Shown here: piece by piece, positions 19,282-29,077 of the stretch
Layout: the number at the start of each line of letters is the position of its first letter
How positions within the stretch are numbered: the first letter of the stretch is position 1
Source of the DNA: a virus
Taxonomy: Duplodnaviria > Caudoviricetes
IMG/VR virus record: IMGVR_UViG_2645727757_000001
Coordinates: 96,001 to 160,000 of that record
Length of the DNA: 64,000 nucleotides
Direction: 5' to 3' (one strand)
Notes under the pieces: model-generated
Databases searched by the model: none
Told to the model about the DNA's origin: nothing
Seen by the model: the letters and a program-made list of their open reading frames with translations, nothing else
Translations under genes and position numbers: made by a program

Positions 19282-19488
19282 TTAGTAAAAAGTATTTTCC
19301 CTTAATCGCTACATCCGAAAATTTATTCTTTCGGGATATGCCCTTGGTCTTAACTTAACCTCGTCGTCACCGCTGCGCTCTGCGCTTCGGGCGGGGCCCT
19401 GCACTCCGCTCCGACTCGGTACGTACGACCTTCGGTCATACCCTACAGAATAAATTTCTGCGTAGCGATAAGGGAATGCTGTTAACTA
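19282..19488 (-). repeat. GC-rich structured element, copy 1 (ssi/sso-like); core 19330-19445
   Basis: Core is the reverse complement of 34457-34572 (about 15 mismatches in 116 nt by eye); enclosed by inverted arms tcccttaatcgctac/gtagcgataaggga and aatttattct/agaataaatt. Confidence 0.85.
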
Positions 19489-19678
19489 AAAGCTATCGGG
19501 AAATCTCGTTGAATTGGATTACCTATAGCTTCAAGATAGCAGTTATGTATATGGAGATATTACTTCCGTAATACCGAAGGAACTTGGCACAATGCATCCA
19601 AGTTTCAAAAAAGGAGTGTGGTAAGTTATAATGCCACTTACCAAGGCTATGTAGGTGGGTTCTTCACCCACAGGAATA

Positions 19679-20206
19679 TTAATATGGAACATTACCTTCA
19701 TCAAATTCTTCATCAATCTCTTCTTCTGTAACTTCTTCAACTATAGCTGTAGATGATGAAGAGGCAATGTTAGTTGGATTAGCTGATAGGAAGTTTATAT
19801 TATCTACAACTAGTTTGCAACCATATTGCTTAATAGAAGTAGTAAGTGTAACTCTAGTTCTAACACCGTTGACAGTAATTATATCAGAAACTTCAACAGG
19901 TTTGTCTATAGTGAATGTTTCAAGAGTACCTTCGATATATAAAGGACGGCTTATAAATCTTCCAAATTCATCATAGATGTTGCAGTACTTCTCAATAGTT
20001 TCAGCAGTCTTTCCATAAGCAACACAAAGAAGGAAGTCAGATTGTTTAACCTTTTTAGTTTCACCATTTTCATCAACAGTAGTTCTTTGGAATTTTCTAT
20101 CTGTAGCTATAGTGAATGTTATACTCTTAGTAGTCTTATCCTCTTTTTCGTTAACCTTTAAATTATTACATCTTACAGTTCTACCATTTAATATTGTTCT
20201 TATCAT
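19679..20206 (-). CDS. ssb: single-stranded DNA-binding protein
   Basis: FTIATDR..SDFLLCVAYGKTAE..RPLYIEGTL..LVVDNINFL; acidic tail ending VPY; close paralog of 14707..15498. Confidence 0.9.
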   Translation of the reverse strand: MIRTILNGRTVRCNNLKVNEKEDKTTKSITFTIATDRKFQRTTVDENGETKKVKQSDFLLCVAYGKTAETIEKYCNIYDEFGRFISRPLYIEGTLETFTIDKPVEVSDIITVNGVRTRVTLTTSIKQYGCKLVVDNINFLSANPTNIASSSSTAIVEEVTEEEIDEEFDEGNVPY

Positions 20207-20244
20207 AAAAAATCACTCCTAAAATTTATTATTTATTATTTATT

Positions 20245-20600
20245 GAATCGGATAAACCTGCTATGTAATCTTTGGTACAACTTATGGAGATACCTGTTAC
20301 AGCAAATCCATTACATCAAAAATGAAGAGGCGGGATAATCCACAACCTCTTCATCTTCAAAGTGTATAAAATTATGATTTGAATAGGAACCTTGAATCCT
20401 GTAGGAAATGTACCGAGTTGATTCAGCACATCAACCACAGGAATCAAAGAATCCATAAGAACAGAACTCGAAGGCTCAAAAGCTCTAAGCTCTGTTCTCT
20501 AGGCTCTGGCTCTATCAATAGAACCATAGTCACGGTACTCTGGCTCTGGTGCTCTGTTTCTGGCTCTAGGCTCTGGCTCTTGACGTACCGAAGGTATAAA
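20245..20600 (-). ncRNA. putative structured leader/ncRNA upstream of ssb
   Basis: Several stems (tacc-ttcg-gta; agaacagagct...agttctgttct; atgaagagg...cctcttcat plus U-tract) and repeated AGAGCC units. Confidence 0.35.
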
Positions 20601-20638
20601 AAATGACCTCTATAAAAATATAGAAGTCATTATTATAA

Positions 20639-21679
20639 TTATTTTTGAACCTCATTCAACTTGAACTCAACAGTATATTCAAACTCTTTGTCTATGGCAC
20701 CAATCAAGCCTAGTACCTTAGTTTCAATTTCCTCGCCTGTAAATAAACCATTGAGAGATAGAGAAATTCCTTGTTTATTTTTCTCTTCCGCAAGTTGATT
20801 GTTAAGAGTAAGCACCTCATTCTTTAGCTGCTCTATAAGTTTTAATTGTTCATCTAGTATTCGTTTAGTTTCAGCATCCATCACAGGAGTTGGTTCATGG
20901 TGGATTTCTGCTTCATCAACCTTTTGTGCTTCAATTATAGTATCACTATTTTTAACAACAACAGTTTTAGTTTCATTAGTTGTATCAGCTTGTTCATTCA
21001 TAGAATCTACAGATAGTTCTCCTTTTTTAATCATTTCCTTGATACCAACAACATCTATACCATATTTACTATAGTATGTTGATATAGAAGCAGCAGCTAA
21101 TCCAGTTGCTTTAGCTATATCGTTTGTATCATATCCCTTAATAACACAATCTGTAATATATTCTTTTCTTTGTTGTTTATCCATTAATTTAAATCTTCTA
21201 GCTATATCTGGAAGTGCACCATTATTTTCAGCACCTATAGAAAGCTTTGTTTGAACCTGTTTATCATTTTTAGTTCCAGCAGTAGGAGTTATCTTCTTCG
21301 ATCTTATTTCATATTCAACTCCATATTTATTAAATAAAGTATAAAGTTTCCCCATAGAAATACCAAAATGTTCAGTCAACTTCTTTACAGGATGTTTAGC
21401 CTTTATTGTTTTTAAAATTGATGTTATAGCTTGTGGATCTTTTTTCTCTAACTCCACTAAGCTAGGAATGTTTTTAATATCATCATATACGTTACTCATT
21501 ATAACCTCTCCGTTCAGTAATTTTTTTTCACTTCTTGAAAGAAAATCGTATTGTGTTTTAACACCGCCTCGAATGAAACCTTTCCTAGAAGCTCTGTTAT
21601 AAACACCTCTTCCGCTTTTCTTTTTCTCGAATACATCCATATGGAATATTCTTTCTACGTCATTATCTCTGTTATACAT
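20639..21679 (-). CDS. phage DNA-binding protein with HTH-like segments and coiled coil
   Basis: VKKLTEHFGISMGKLY and TNDIAKATGLAAASI HTH-like motifs. Confidence 0.65.
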   Translation of the reverse strand: MYNRDNDVERIFHMDVFEKKKSGRGVYNRASRKGFIRGGVKTQYDFLSRSEKKLLNGEVIMSNVYDDIKNIPSLVELEKKDPQAITSILKTIKAKHPVKKLTEHFGISMGKLYTLFNKYGVEYEIRSKKITPTAGTKNDKQVQTKLSIGAENNGALPDIARRFKLMDKQQRKEYITDCVIKGYDTNDIAKATGLAAASISTYYSKYGIDVVGIKEMIKKGELSVDSMNEQADTTNETKTVVVKNSDTIIEAQKVDEAEIHHEPTPVMDAETKRILDEQLKLIEQLKNEVLTLNNQLAEEKNKQGISLSLNGLFTGEEIETKVLGLIGAIDKEFEYTVEFKLNEVQK

Positions 21680-21805
21680 TTCCCATACTACACCCTCTAT
21701 TCCTAATTTTTTATCTCAATTAAATTATAATATTTTATATACCACTATTCAATATTTTTTGACATATTAGGACATTAGAGGGAAAACCCCTCTAATATTC
21801 CATAC

Positions 21806-22666
21806 CTAGCACTTAATTCTTGTAGGTCTTAATCCATATTCTTTAGCTATATTATAGAACAATAAAGCTGAACCAGGTTTAGGTGAGTTTTCGCTAGTGA
21901 ATACTACTACTGATCTGTTTTTAAATTTACCAGCTAACTCGGCAAGTGTAACAGCTATTCTAGTAACAGGAGAAGTGTTATCTGGTTTACTATTAAGTTT
22001 CATAAATTTAATATCATTTATTTCAGCGAAATCAATAGCGTGTTTACAAGCACCATATTTTTCTCTAGTTATAATAAGAACATTTTCTTTACCGTATTTT
22101 TCTATTGCTTTATTACATTCAGATTCAACTAAAGCATAATCAACATAAGTTGTTCCATCAATTATTAAAGCGAATTTATCACTTAATTTCTTACAGTTAG
22201 TTTTTATGCTAACGTTTTCTTTTTCGTGAACGCTATAAACCTTAGCACTTGTATTTTCTTCTATTACATATTCATAAACCTCAAATCTATCATCTAATAT
22301 ATTCATAATGTTCTTTTCTATAGAAGACCAGTTCTTAGAAGAGAATTTATATCCAAATGATGGTATTCTTACAGAGTTCCATCCCATTTCATCTATAAGA
22401 CTAACAAGCTCTTTGCATGATTTCACTATTTGTGAAAGACTTGGTTTTCCATTAACTAATACAGGTAGTGAGATAAATGTTACTAGTTTATCATCAATAA
22501 GTTCATTAGCAAATAGTTCTACAGATTTAGCATTTGATAAGTCAGTAGTATCAAGATCATTGAATTTAGTTTTGAATTCTTTAGCAAAGTCTTTAGTAGC
22601 AGGAACAGCAAAGATTTCTCCATCAGCGAAATTGAACATATTAGTTTTTATTGTAGATTTTTTCAT
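21806..22666 (-). CDS. Macro-domain (Poa1p/OARD1-like) + SLOG (DUF2493-like) fusion, degenerate
   Basis: N-half FAKEFK.KF...ISLP...IVKSCKELV.L.DEMGW.SV.IP.FG...W...ILDDRF; C-half IIDG...DY.L...LII....GA...A..FAE..DI. Confidence 0.55.
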   Translation of the reverse strand: MKKSTIKTNMFNFADGEIFAVPATKDFAKEFKTKFNDLDTTDLSNAKSVELFANELIDDKLVTFISLPVLVNGKPSLSQIVKSCKELVSLIDEMGWNSVRIPSFGYKFSSKNWSSIEKNIMNILDDRFEVYEYVIEENTSAKVYSVHEKENVSIKTNCKKLSDKFALIIDGTTYVDYALVESECNKAIEKYGKENVLIITREKYGACKHAIDFAEINDIKFMKLNSKPDNTSPVTRIAVTLAELAGKFKNRSVVVFTSENSPKPGSALLFYNIAKEYGLRPTRIKC

Positions 22667-22779
22667 AATTAATACACTCCTTATAATTAAAAATTTATTT
22701 TTTATAATTTAATTTTGATAAAATAAAAAGAGCTTAGTATAAAACTAAGCTCAATACAAAAACCTCAATTTAATATAAA

Positions 22780-25700
22780 TTAATCTTCAAATTCAAATTC
22801 AAATTCAAATTCTTCACTTGATAAATCATCAAGAACTTCTATTCCATCTAGTTCATCAAAGTTATCATTTAGGCTATCAATTACTTCACAGTCTATAACT
22901 TCTAGTGAATCATCAAATGATTCTTCTACTACTGAACTTGTATCAAAAGTGAATTCAGCATTATCCTCTTCAATTACTTCAAATCCTTCTGTTATTTCTT
23001 CTTCGTAATTTAATAGGTCTATTCCGTCATATTCTACAACGTCACTCATTTTAACTTTATCTTCAACTTTAATAGTTTCTTCATCTGAAATTTCTCTTAC
23101 AGCTTTAACTCTTATATCTATATTGTTTCTGTAAGCTAATTCTTCCTTTTCATCAGTCCATTCGATAACGTTGTTATTTATTTGATAATCATTAGGAATA
23201 TAATGCATATCACTTTCGCTAAAGTCAGCTTTAAATACTAAACCGTTTGCAGAATTTACATCGTTTAATCCGTAGCTACCAACCATCATTAATGGTTTCT
23301 TATCTACTACTACCCAAAGACCATCATTACATCTTTGTACTGTAAATTCTCCTTTAGCTTGTATAGTTCTTATAGATTCTGATACAGATTCTCCATCTGT
23401 TGAGTATACTAATGTCATAAATTCATTAGTATTTGTTGCTTTCGCAACAACTCTATTTTGCGCTGCCGCGCAAATTCTAGGAACTCTAATAATCTTAGAA
23501 TCTTCAACTTCAATTACATCATATTTTCCAGGTCTTAAATCAGTAGTTTCTACGAATTTACCATTTATGAATAATGCACCAACATTATTTATAACAACTG
23601 ATTTTACTTCTTCATCTGTCTTTGGTAATCTGTATAAATCACTACCTTTAGTACATTCTCTTAATAAATCTAATAGTTCATTTCTGAATACATTCCATAC
23701 AAATCCTCTAGATTTTGTATTGTCATTATTAGGTCTTATATAACATACTTCATAAGCTGTAGCTACTACTGTATTTAATTTACTAATACTACCATTAACG
23801 TATGATAATAATGCATTTCTGTATTCATTGTAGATAGATTCTATCTTTTCCCAAGATTCTTTTCTTACTTTTTCTACTTCTTCTTGTGTCATTTCATCAT
23901 CTATTGTATATAGTGAACGAACATCTATTATACGTTCTCTGCAAAGCTTTTCCATTTTAGCTATTCTTGGTTTTATAGAAGCGTGTTCATCTTTATCAAC
24001 AACTTTTAATAATTTATATACTAAAGTTGTATCAGTAGCTACCTTTTTAGTTAGTATTTCTCTAATTCTAGCTTTACTATATTTGTATAAGTTTGTCATT
24101 GGAGAATCAGATTCTTTTAATATTCTTTCATCATCTATATATACATCACCACATTTAGCTATGAAATATTCTGAATTTTTCTTGAATTGTTTCTTTGCAA
24201 GTAACCATTCTGGTCTTACTTTCATATTAGCATATGCAGGAATAACTACTTCTTCACCAGTCTTTTGTTTATCTATATCCCATCCTTGGATAAATCTTAA
24301 TTTCTTTAATACATCAGATACTCTGTGTTTTCTTCCTGTCTTGTCTATATAAGTTGTACATCCACTATTTAATAAATCAGTAAATGTTGTAGCAACGTCA
24401 GTAATAAATCCTAATTGTGATCCTTCCATAGAATCTCTGTAGAAGCTCCTTAAAATATCCTCATTAATATCACTAACAGGAGCTTTGTGTTTAAGGTTAT
24501 CATTTATAACATAGTCTTTATTATTAAAGAATTTAATAACTCTTTCATCTCTAATACAGTTAGCATGGTCACCATCAACGTCTGCTCCACCAAGAGAAGG
24601 TAATATATCATCGAATGGATTTAAGACCATTAAGTCTTCTAAATACCAAAGACGGTCATTTTTGCAAGTAGTTATCTTTCTAGCTTCACTCTTATCTATT
24701 AAAGGATTTCTAGTTAAAACAACTTCTCCTTCTATATTGTTAAGATAGAACTCTCCAGATTGTAAACAACCAAATCTATCAGTAAGATATAATGGGTCAA
24801 CTACTAGGAAATTATAATCTCCTTCAACTTGGATTCTACCAAATGCAACTTCATATAGGTAATTACCTACAAGTTTTCTTAATTTAGAATTGATATATTC
24901 ATCTTTTAGTATTTCATCTGACGCTTCTAATGCCTCTGTTAATACACTTACTAGATGTTTTTCTTCATAATCAAGGTTGTATTCACTATTAGTATCTTTA
25001 ACTAAACCTAAGAAAGTTTTAGCAGCTACAGGATTAGATAATATATTATCTTTAACTTTACTAAATTCAGTTTCAGCAAGTTCAATTAAGTTCTTAGAAT
25101 CTATGTCACTAGCACCTATTGCTTGATAATTTAGATAAGATTTTCCTGTCTTTTTGTGGTTTAGTGATACTACAGAGAATTCTAGTTTAGAACGTCCAGT
25201 TTCATCTCTAAAAGCATCACTATCGTACTTTCTTACGCTTTCTGGCATAAGAATATCGTAATCAGCATATTCTGGAACTCTCTTGTTAAAGTCGTCCATT
25301 ACAACTATACCTTTATCTCCACCGTGTCTAAATTGAATTATTCTTTGTACCTTTTTGAAAATCTTTCTTAATCTTGAATTACCATCTATAGCTATCTTTA
25401 AAGTTGCTAAATTTAAATCTTTATATGCTTCTAAGAAGTAATCTAATTCAGCTTTACTCATTAATCCTAAATCCTCTGTAGCTTTAGCTAAAAATTCAAC
25501 TGTAGCAGATGCTTGACCATCACAAGCTGTATTACAGATATAGTTATCTCTAATGAATTTAGGGATTAATTTTTCACATAAATAGCCATCTGGTAACATG
25601 AATCTATTTAATTTAGATTTTAAATCATAATTTCCAGTTTCAGTTTTCTTTAATATAACATCACCAAATGGTTTTATTATTTCCTCTGGAATTATGCAAG

Positions 25701-26964
25701 TAGATTCAGCTATTTCAACGTTATCTTTAATAACTTTAATCATAGGTTTTAGTGAAGTTGATTTTGAGTTAGTAGCAGCTAGAGCTTTACGTCCATCATA
25801 TTTACTAACATTACATTTACCATTTTCATCTAATATAGCACTAGGATCACCGCATAATAGTCTATTAGCAACAGTTGTCCATTTTTCTGATGAATAAGTT
25901 ATTCTACTTTGTCTAGCTTGTGAGAAACTTCTAGAACAAGGATTAAAATGTCTATTAAGTTCTTCATCGTAATATCCTTCCATTATAATGAATTTTACTT
26001 TTTCTAAAAGTATTTCTTTTGATTCTTCAAAGCAAGTCTTTCTTTCAGCTTTAGATAAATCCTTATATACGTATCCTCTTGATTTAATATTATCCATTAC
26101 CATTCTATTAGTTACACTTCCATTGAAAGTTGAGAAGTTGTATAGTTGATATTGAACTGTTCCATCTTCTAAAGTAACCTTAGAACCAAATTCTCTAGCT
26201 AATCTTGATTCAGATATTTTTTCTTTACATTTAGCTTCTTTAGGTAATACATATTTTCCGTTTTTGAATACTATATCATCAATAGTAAACATCTTAGTGT
26301 GATATTGGTTTTTCTTAATCCTAGGTCTGTTTATATAGTATTCAGCTAATGATTTAATGCTATCTAATTCGATGTAGTTCATTAATCTTACAGCTTCGCT
26401 ATTGAATATGAATATATCGTTATTTGCCCCGTATAGGGAATCTTCTGTGTCTACTTCGACTGATTCTCTTATGAACTTTTTATCGAATGTTACACCATCA
26501 ACGTATCTTGCCATTTTCTTAAAGTTTATGGCAGTAACAACTGAACAACCTTCTACATATTCACTATCTTCATTTGGTACAACTGTTCCAAAGATTTTCT
26601 TTATTAATTTATAATCATCAGTATTAGTTATTTTGATTATATTACCTTCGTTCTTTAATATTAAGAAACCTTCAACTGTTCCTTCGATTATTCCTCTCTT
26701 GTATTTTCTAACTAGTGAAGGTCTTTTTCCAGAGTACTTTTTAGTAACTAAACCGCCTTGTGGTAATACAGTTATACCGTTGCTTATTTTATAGTTAACT
26801 GTATTTTGAGAAGAGCTTAAAAGAGATTTGTTCAATAACATACTATTGAATCTTTCCATTAAAGCATTAATCATTGTTTCCTTAGTATTAGTAGCATCCA
26901 TACCTGTTAATGAACATAATTCTTCCTTGTTTAATCTCTTTAATAAATTTTCTAATTTTTTCAT
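22780..26964 (-). CDS. YonO-like single-subunit two-barrel RNA polymerase (cellular RdRP-related, probably DNA-dependent)
   Basis: About 1400 aa; DG, QFRHGGDKG, TRNP, catalytic GGADVDGD and DKQKTG motifs; likely start is ATG 26964 after AGGAG. Confidence 0.9.
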   Translation of the reverse strand: MKKLENLLKRLNKEELCSLTGMDATNTKETMINALMERFNSMLLNKSLLSSSQNTVNYKISNGITVLPQGGLVTKKYSGKRPSLVRKYKRGIIEGTVEGFLILKNEGNIIKITNTDDYKLIKKIFGTVVPNEDSEYVEGCSVVTAINFKKMARYVDGVTFDKKFIRESVEVDTEDSLYGANNDIFIFNSEAVRLMNYIELDSIKSLAEYYINRPRIKKNQYHTKMFTIDDIVFKNGKYVLPKEAKCKEKISESRLAREFGSKVTLEDGTVQYQLYNFSTFNGSVTNRMVMDNIKSRGYVYKDLSKAERKTCFEESKEILLEKVKFIIMEGYYDEELNRHFNPCSRSFSQARQSRITYSSEKWTTVANRLLCGDPSAILDENGKCNVSKYDGRKALAATNSKSTSLKPMIKVIKDNVEIAESTCIIPEEIIKPFGDVILKKTETGNYDLKSKLNRFMLPDGYLCEKLIPKFIRDNYICNTACDGQASATVEFLAKATEDLGLMSKAELDYFLEAYKDLNLATLKIAIDGNSRLRKIFKKVQRIIQFRHGGDKGIVVMDDFNKRVPEYADYDILMPESVRKYDSDAFRDETGRSKLEFSVVSLNHKKTGKSYLNYQAIGASDIDSKNLIELAETEFSKVKDNILSNPVAAKTFLGLVKDTNSEYNLDYEEKHLVSVLTEALEASDEILKDEYINSKLRKLVGNYLYEVAFGRIQVEGDYNFLVVDPLYLTDRFGCLQSGEFYLNNIEGEVVLTRNPLIDKSEARKITTCKNDRLWYLEDLMVLNPFDDILPSLGGADVDGDHANCIRDERVIKFFNNKDYVINDNLKHKAPVSDINEDILRSFYRDSMEGSQLGFITDVATTFTDLLNSGCTTYIDKTGRKHRVSDVLKKLRFIQGWDIDKQKTGEEVVIPAYANMKVRPEWLLAKKQFKKNSEYFIAKCGDVYIDDERILKESDSPMTNLYKYSKARIREILTKKVATDTTLVYKLLKVVDKDEHASIKPRIAKMEKLCRERIIDVRSLYTIDDEMTQEEVEKVRKESWEKIESIYNEYRNALLSYVNGSISKLNTVVATAYEVCYIRPNNDNTKSRGFVWNVFRNELLDLLRECTKGSDLYRLPKTDEEVKSVVINNVGALFINGKFVETTDLRPGKYDVIEVEDSKIIRVPRICAAAQNRVVAKATNTNEFMTLVYSTDGESVSESIRTIQAKGEFTVQRCNDGLWVVVDKKPLMMVGSYGLNDVNSANGLVFKADFSESDMHYIPNDYQINNNVIEWTDEKEELAYRNNIDIRVKAVREISDEETIKVEDKVKMSDVVEYDGIDLLNYEEEITEGFEVIEEDNAEFTFDTSSVVEESFDDSLEVIDCEVIDSLNDNFDELDGIEVLDDLSSEEFEFEFEFED

Positions 26965-27068
26965 AATTTTAACACTCCTTTTATTCAAATCATAATTTTT
27001 ATAAAGCACTTAGTAATAAAGCAATAAAAAAGAGGAAGCCAATTTTTTTGACTTCCACTTAGTAAAAC

Positions 27069-27428
27069 CTATTTAATTAACTTAGATAGATTTTCTCCAA
27101 TTTCAAAATCTATTTTCTTATTAGTTTTCTTATCAATAATCCTTAGTTTATTATCATATACCAAAGTATAATTACTTTTGTCATTAGTTAATATAGAATC
27201 ATTAGTTTTACTCTCATTTTTAGCTTTAGTTACTTTAGGTTCTTTTTCAATTATATCTGGAATAAAATCCACTTCTATAACTTCAACTTCCTTTTTATTG
27301 CTTAGTGTATAAAAGTCTTTTAGTAAGTTTTTTAGTGAATTAAAATTTTCTTTTGTATAATTATCCTTTGATGCATTAAGAGCAACTGCAAGATCATATA
27401 TTGCTTTATTCATTTTATCCATATACAA
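27069..27428 (-). CDS. hypothetical protein
   Basis: 119-aa ORF in the RNAP operon. Confidence 0.65.
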   Translation of the reverse strand: MYMDKMNKAIYDLAVALNASKDNYTKENFNSLKNLLKDFYTLSNKKEVEVIEVDFIPDIIEKEPKVTKAKNESKTNDSILTNDKSNYTLVYDNKLRIIDKKTNKKIDFEIGENLSKLIK

Positions 27429-27433
27429 ACCTC

Positions 27434-27904
27434 CTAATAAATTGATGAATTAAAGTATTTTCTTTGGCAAGTATAACAATAATACTTACCTTCATGTTTA
27501 GTTCCTTCTGCTTTGTGCATATGCCTTTCTATGAAGTCAACTGTTCTCTTTTGTAATCTCTTTCCACACAAATCACAATGTTTATTACTAAGGGTTTTAT
27601 CTTTGCTAAAGTTATCATTATAATTATCTTTACAGTAAAGTTTTTCTAGAGCTATATCTGTACAATTAATAACTTCAACCTTGTTATCTATGATAAGAAC
27701 TAAACTAGGTTTACCGTTTATTTCTCTTATATCCAATATAGGTTTAGATACAGCTTTTACTTCTTCAATAACGTTAACCTCTATATTATCTTTATCTTTG
27801 TGAATAAGGTCAGGTATACTATCGAAAGTACACCCTTCTTCTTCTTTTAGTATGAAGTTATCCAATATATCAAGATCATCTAAGGAAATATCGAATTCAT
27901 TCAT
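27434..27904 (-). CDS. C-terminal zinc-finger protein
   Basis: CDLCG...YCYTCQ. Confidence 0.7.
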   Translation of the reverse strand: MNEFDISLDDLDILDNFILKEEEGCTFDSIPDLIHKDKDNIEVNVIEEVKAVSKPILDIREINGKPSLVLIIDNKVEVINCTDIALEKLYCKDNYNDNFSKDKTLSNKHCDLCGKRLQKRTVDFIERHMHKAEGTKHEGKYYCYTCQRKYFNSSIY

Positions 27905-28788
27905 TATTTATCTTCCTCCATTTCTTCTAATCTTTTTCTTAATTTAGAAATTAATTCTTCATTTCTCTTTATTGCATCTTCTGTTTCCTTCTTAGATACT
28001 TCAACTTTAAAAGCATCCTTTTTGTTTAATATATTGTGGTCGAAGCTTCTCTTAATACTCTTACAAGCTCCTACAGTTTCTTTGCAAGTGTTATAACCAA
28101 CTCTAACTATTAAAGTAACGCCAACTACTAAAGTATTTACAGCAAACTTAGCAATACCTAGAAATACAGCAGCTAATCCTATAACAAATATTCCAAATTT
28201 AGCGAAGATATTTATTATTGTTGGGTGCATTTCCTCGATATTGTATGCTTTCTCTTCTAAACTAGCTTTTAAATCTTTCAACATTTTTGAAGACTTGTTT
28301 TCTTCTCCATCAGTTATTTCTTCAACTTCCTTAATTCTTTTGTTTAATGCTGTTATTAATTCGTAGTAACCTGCTTCTGGAGTTGAGTTTAATATCTTTT
28401 CTACTCTAGTTTTTCCAATGAATCTAAATGATTTATTAACATCACCTTCTAATATCTTTAAATCTTCCTCTAGTTTCTTAACTTCCTCTTCTGTAGCTTG
28501 TCTTTCTTTCGCTTCTTCTTCTGCCTTTACTTCTTTTGCAGCTTCTGTAAATAACTTATCAAAGAAATCTTTATCTAGGTCTTCCTCATTTTCAGCTACT
28601 TCGTATTTTCTTCCCATTTCTTTTAGTACCTCTTCAAAGTCTTTGTCTTCTTCATCAACTATAACAACAGCATCTTTAAATTTGCTGAATAGATATAGCA
28701 TAGCTTTTCTGATGTTTTCTTCATTTCTGTCAAGGTTGAATTTAACAGTTTTTTCCATTGAGTTTGTAGTGAATTTCATTTTGAACAT
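27904..28788 (-). CDS. coiled-coil protein with hydrophobic segment; first gene of the leftward arm
   Basis: 294 aa, GGAGGTG RBS. Confidence 0.75.
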   Translation of the reverse strand: MFKMKFTTNSMEKTVKFNLDRNEENIRKAMLYLFSKFKDAVVIVDEEDKDFEEVLKEMGRKYEVAENEEDLDKDFFDKLFTEAAKEVKAEEEAKERQATEEEVKKLEEDLKILEGDVNKSFRFIGKTRVEKILNSTPEAGYYELITALNKRIKEVEEITDGEENKSSKMLKDLKASLEEKAYNIEEMHPTIINIFAKFGIFVIGLAAVFLGIAKFAVNTLVVGVTLIVRVGYNTCKETVGACKSIKRSFDHNILNKKDAFKVEVSKKETEDAIKRNEELISKLRKRLEEMEEDK

Positions 28789-29077
28789 AAAGCACCTCCA
28801 TTGAGCGGGTAGGTCATTGCCTATATATCCACATACTCTGTGCCAAAAAACATTTCAAAAGATAAACTCCATATAGTAGGGGTACCCCATGAAACATTTT
28901 TTTATTTCAAGGGTTATATATATAGGTACTGCCAGAAAATATATCTAATTTTTTTGGGCTAGGGTGATCCAAATTAACGGTCATTTTGAAGTGATAAGGC
29001 GGGGTTTGGGCGCAAAAAAAATATACTAGCTTAGAAAAGCTAGTATATATAACTAAATTTTTTGGTACATAACATAG

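Noticed and set aside
19330-19445. tRNA, SRP or IS/MITE identity for the GC-rich element
   Set aside because: No cloverleaf/T-loop pattern, no transposase or target duplication, and terminal arms differ between copies; an Rfam match cannot be excluded without a search
19543-19740. 65-aa minus-strand ORF overlapping the ssb 3' end
   Set aside because: Out-of-frame overlap with ssb, atypical composition, no clear RBS
20379-20606. 75-aa plus-strand ORF
   Set aside because: TTG start without clear RBS, opposite to all neighbours, derived from GGCTCT repeats
22780-27009. RNA-virus RdRp or reverse transcriptase / DGR / retron
   Set aside because: Motifs are two-barrel DxDGD type, not palm-domain GDD/YxDD; no RT or TR/VR pair was seen
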